Source: Eubacteriales bacterium (GTDB taxonomy: Bacteria > Bacillota > Clostridia > Oscillospirales > CAG-272). From it: a stretch of DNA of 64,000 nt. A program made the translations under genes and the position numbers. Positions 63,674-64,000 of this stretch are shown one piece after another; position 1 is the stretch's first letter; the number at the start of each line of letters is the position of its first letter. The stretch covers positions 13,639 to 77,638 of the forward strand of contig JAZOUO010000035.1 in the NCBI GenBank assembly GCA_045658225.1, given 5' to 3'. A model generated the notes under the pieces. The model was not told the DNA's origin. It saw only the letters and a list, made by a program, of their open reading frames with translations, and searched no databases.

Positions 63674-64000
63674 ATGAGTAAGATAAAAAATTGGTTTATA
63701 GCTCACAAGCCCTCAAAGCGCAGAATTATTCAGCTCTACGCGGCGCTTCTTTTTAACGCAAACATTAAGGGCTTTATCAAAGGCACTATTTACACGGGCC
63801 CACTTAAAAATTTCTGTACTCCGGGTCTTAACTGTTATTCCTGCCCAGGAGCGTCGGGCGCTTGTCCTCTCGGCGCGCTTCAGAACTCTCTGGCAAGTTC
63901 AAATAAGCGTCTTCCCTACTATATGTTCGGAATTATTTTGCTTTACGGAATAATGTTCGGTCGTTGGATTTGCTCCTTCCTCTGTCCGTTCGGACTTATT
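63674..64000 (+). CDS. membrane 4Fe-4S-binding (NapH/MauN-like polyferredoxin) protein, N-terminal part (3' end outside window)
   Basis: My own translation from ATG 63674 gives MSKIKNWFIAHKPSKRRIIQLYAALLFNANIKGF...CTPGLNCYSCPGASGACPLGALQ...CSFLCPFGL. The frame is open to the window end. Confidence 0.7.
   Translation, partial: MSKIKNWFIAHKPSKRRIIQLYAALLFNANIKGFIKGTIYTGPLKNFCTPGLNCYSCPGASGACPLGALQNSLASSNKRLPYYMFGIILLYGIMFGRWICSFLCPFGLI

Noticed and set aside
1-64000. Search by eye for CRISPR arrays, tRNA/rRNA genes, IS elements, integrases, reverse transcriptases and prophage blocks
   Set aside because: I noticed no regularly spaced short repeats, no cloverleaf-like or rRNA-like intergenic segments, and no ORF with transposase or recombinase motifs. 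All larger intergenic gaps are explained by promoters and terminators. tRNAscan/Infernal were not run, so small RNAs could have been missed.

Overview
This 64-kb chromosomal segment looks like a moderately low-GC, spore-forming Firmicute of the Clostridia. That placement is inferred from gene content: a SpoVB-type flippase, YlmC/YmxH, the ecfA1-ecfA2-ecfT-truA cluster, an anaerobic class III RNR, rubredoxin and GTP-PEPCK. I support 58 coding regions, two of which are halves of one interrupted gene, plus several promoters, operators and hairpin terminators. I saw no rRNA, tRNA, CRISPR array, transposase or integrase. Most genes are housekeeping: typA, tsf, rpsB, truA, ruvABC, lexA, pck, hom, cysK, rarA, a Clp ATPase, and ECF and ABC transporters.

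Six things deserve a second look:
1. A ~5-kb cassette at 55.4-60.6 kb sits at the 3' end of rarA, bracketed by a diverged 53-nt direct repeat of the rarA terminus. It holds a ~1275-codon secreted lectin/Ig-domain toxin-like gene cut by one in-frame TGA, then two translationally coupled small genes (candidate immunity proteins). I recognised no family for these genes and found no recombinase.
2. In a redox cluster at 6.8-13.4 kb, the class III ribonucleotide reductase NrdD is fused to a glutaredoxin-like domain. Nearby are a thioredoxin-reductase homolog lacking the NADPH motif, a 65-aa ferredoxin:thioredoxin-reductase-like CPC/CHC protein, thioredoxin and SufCB. This suggests ferredoxin-driven nucleotide reduction.
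3. A 937-aa P-type ATPase homolog has all of its catalytic signatures degenerate.
4. A three-gene GT8 / PlsC-type / CrtO-type cluster may make an acylated glycolipid.
5. A lipoprotein carries tandem His/Cys-rich modules fused to a SASA/CE6-type esterase.
6. A rubredoxin gene falls below the ORF-track size cut-off.

All functional calls come from motif recognition by eye; nothing was checked against a database.
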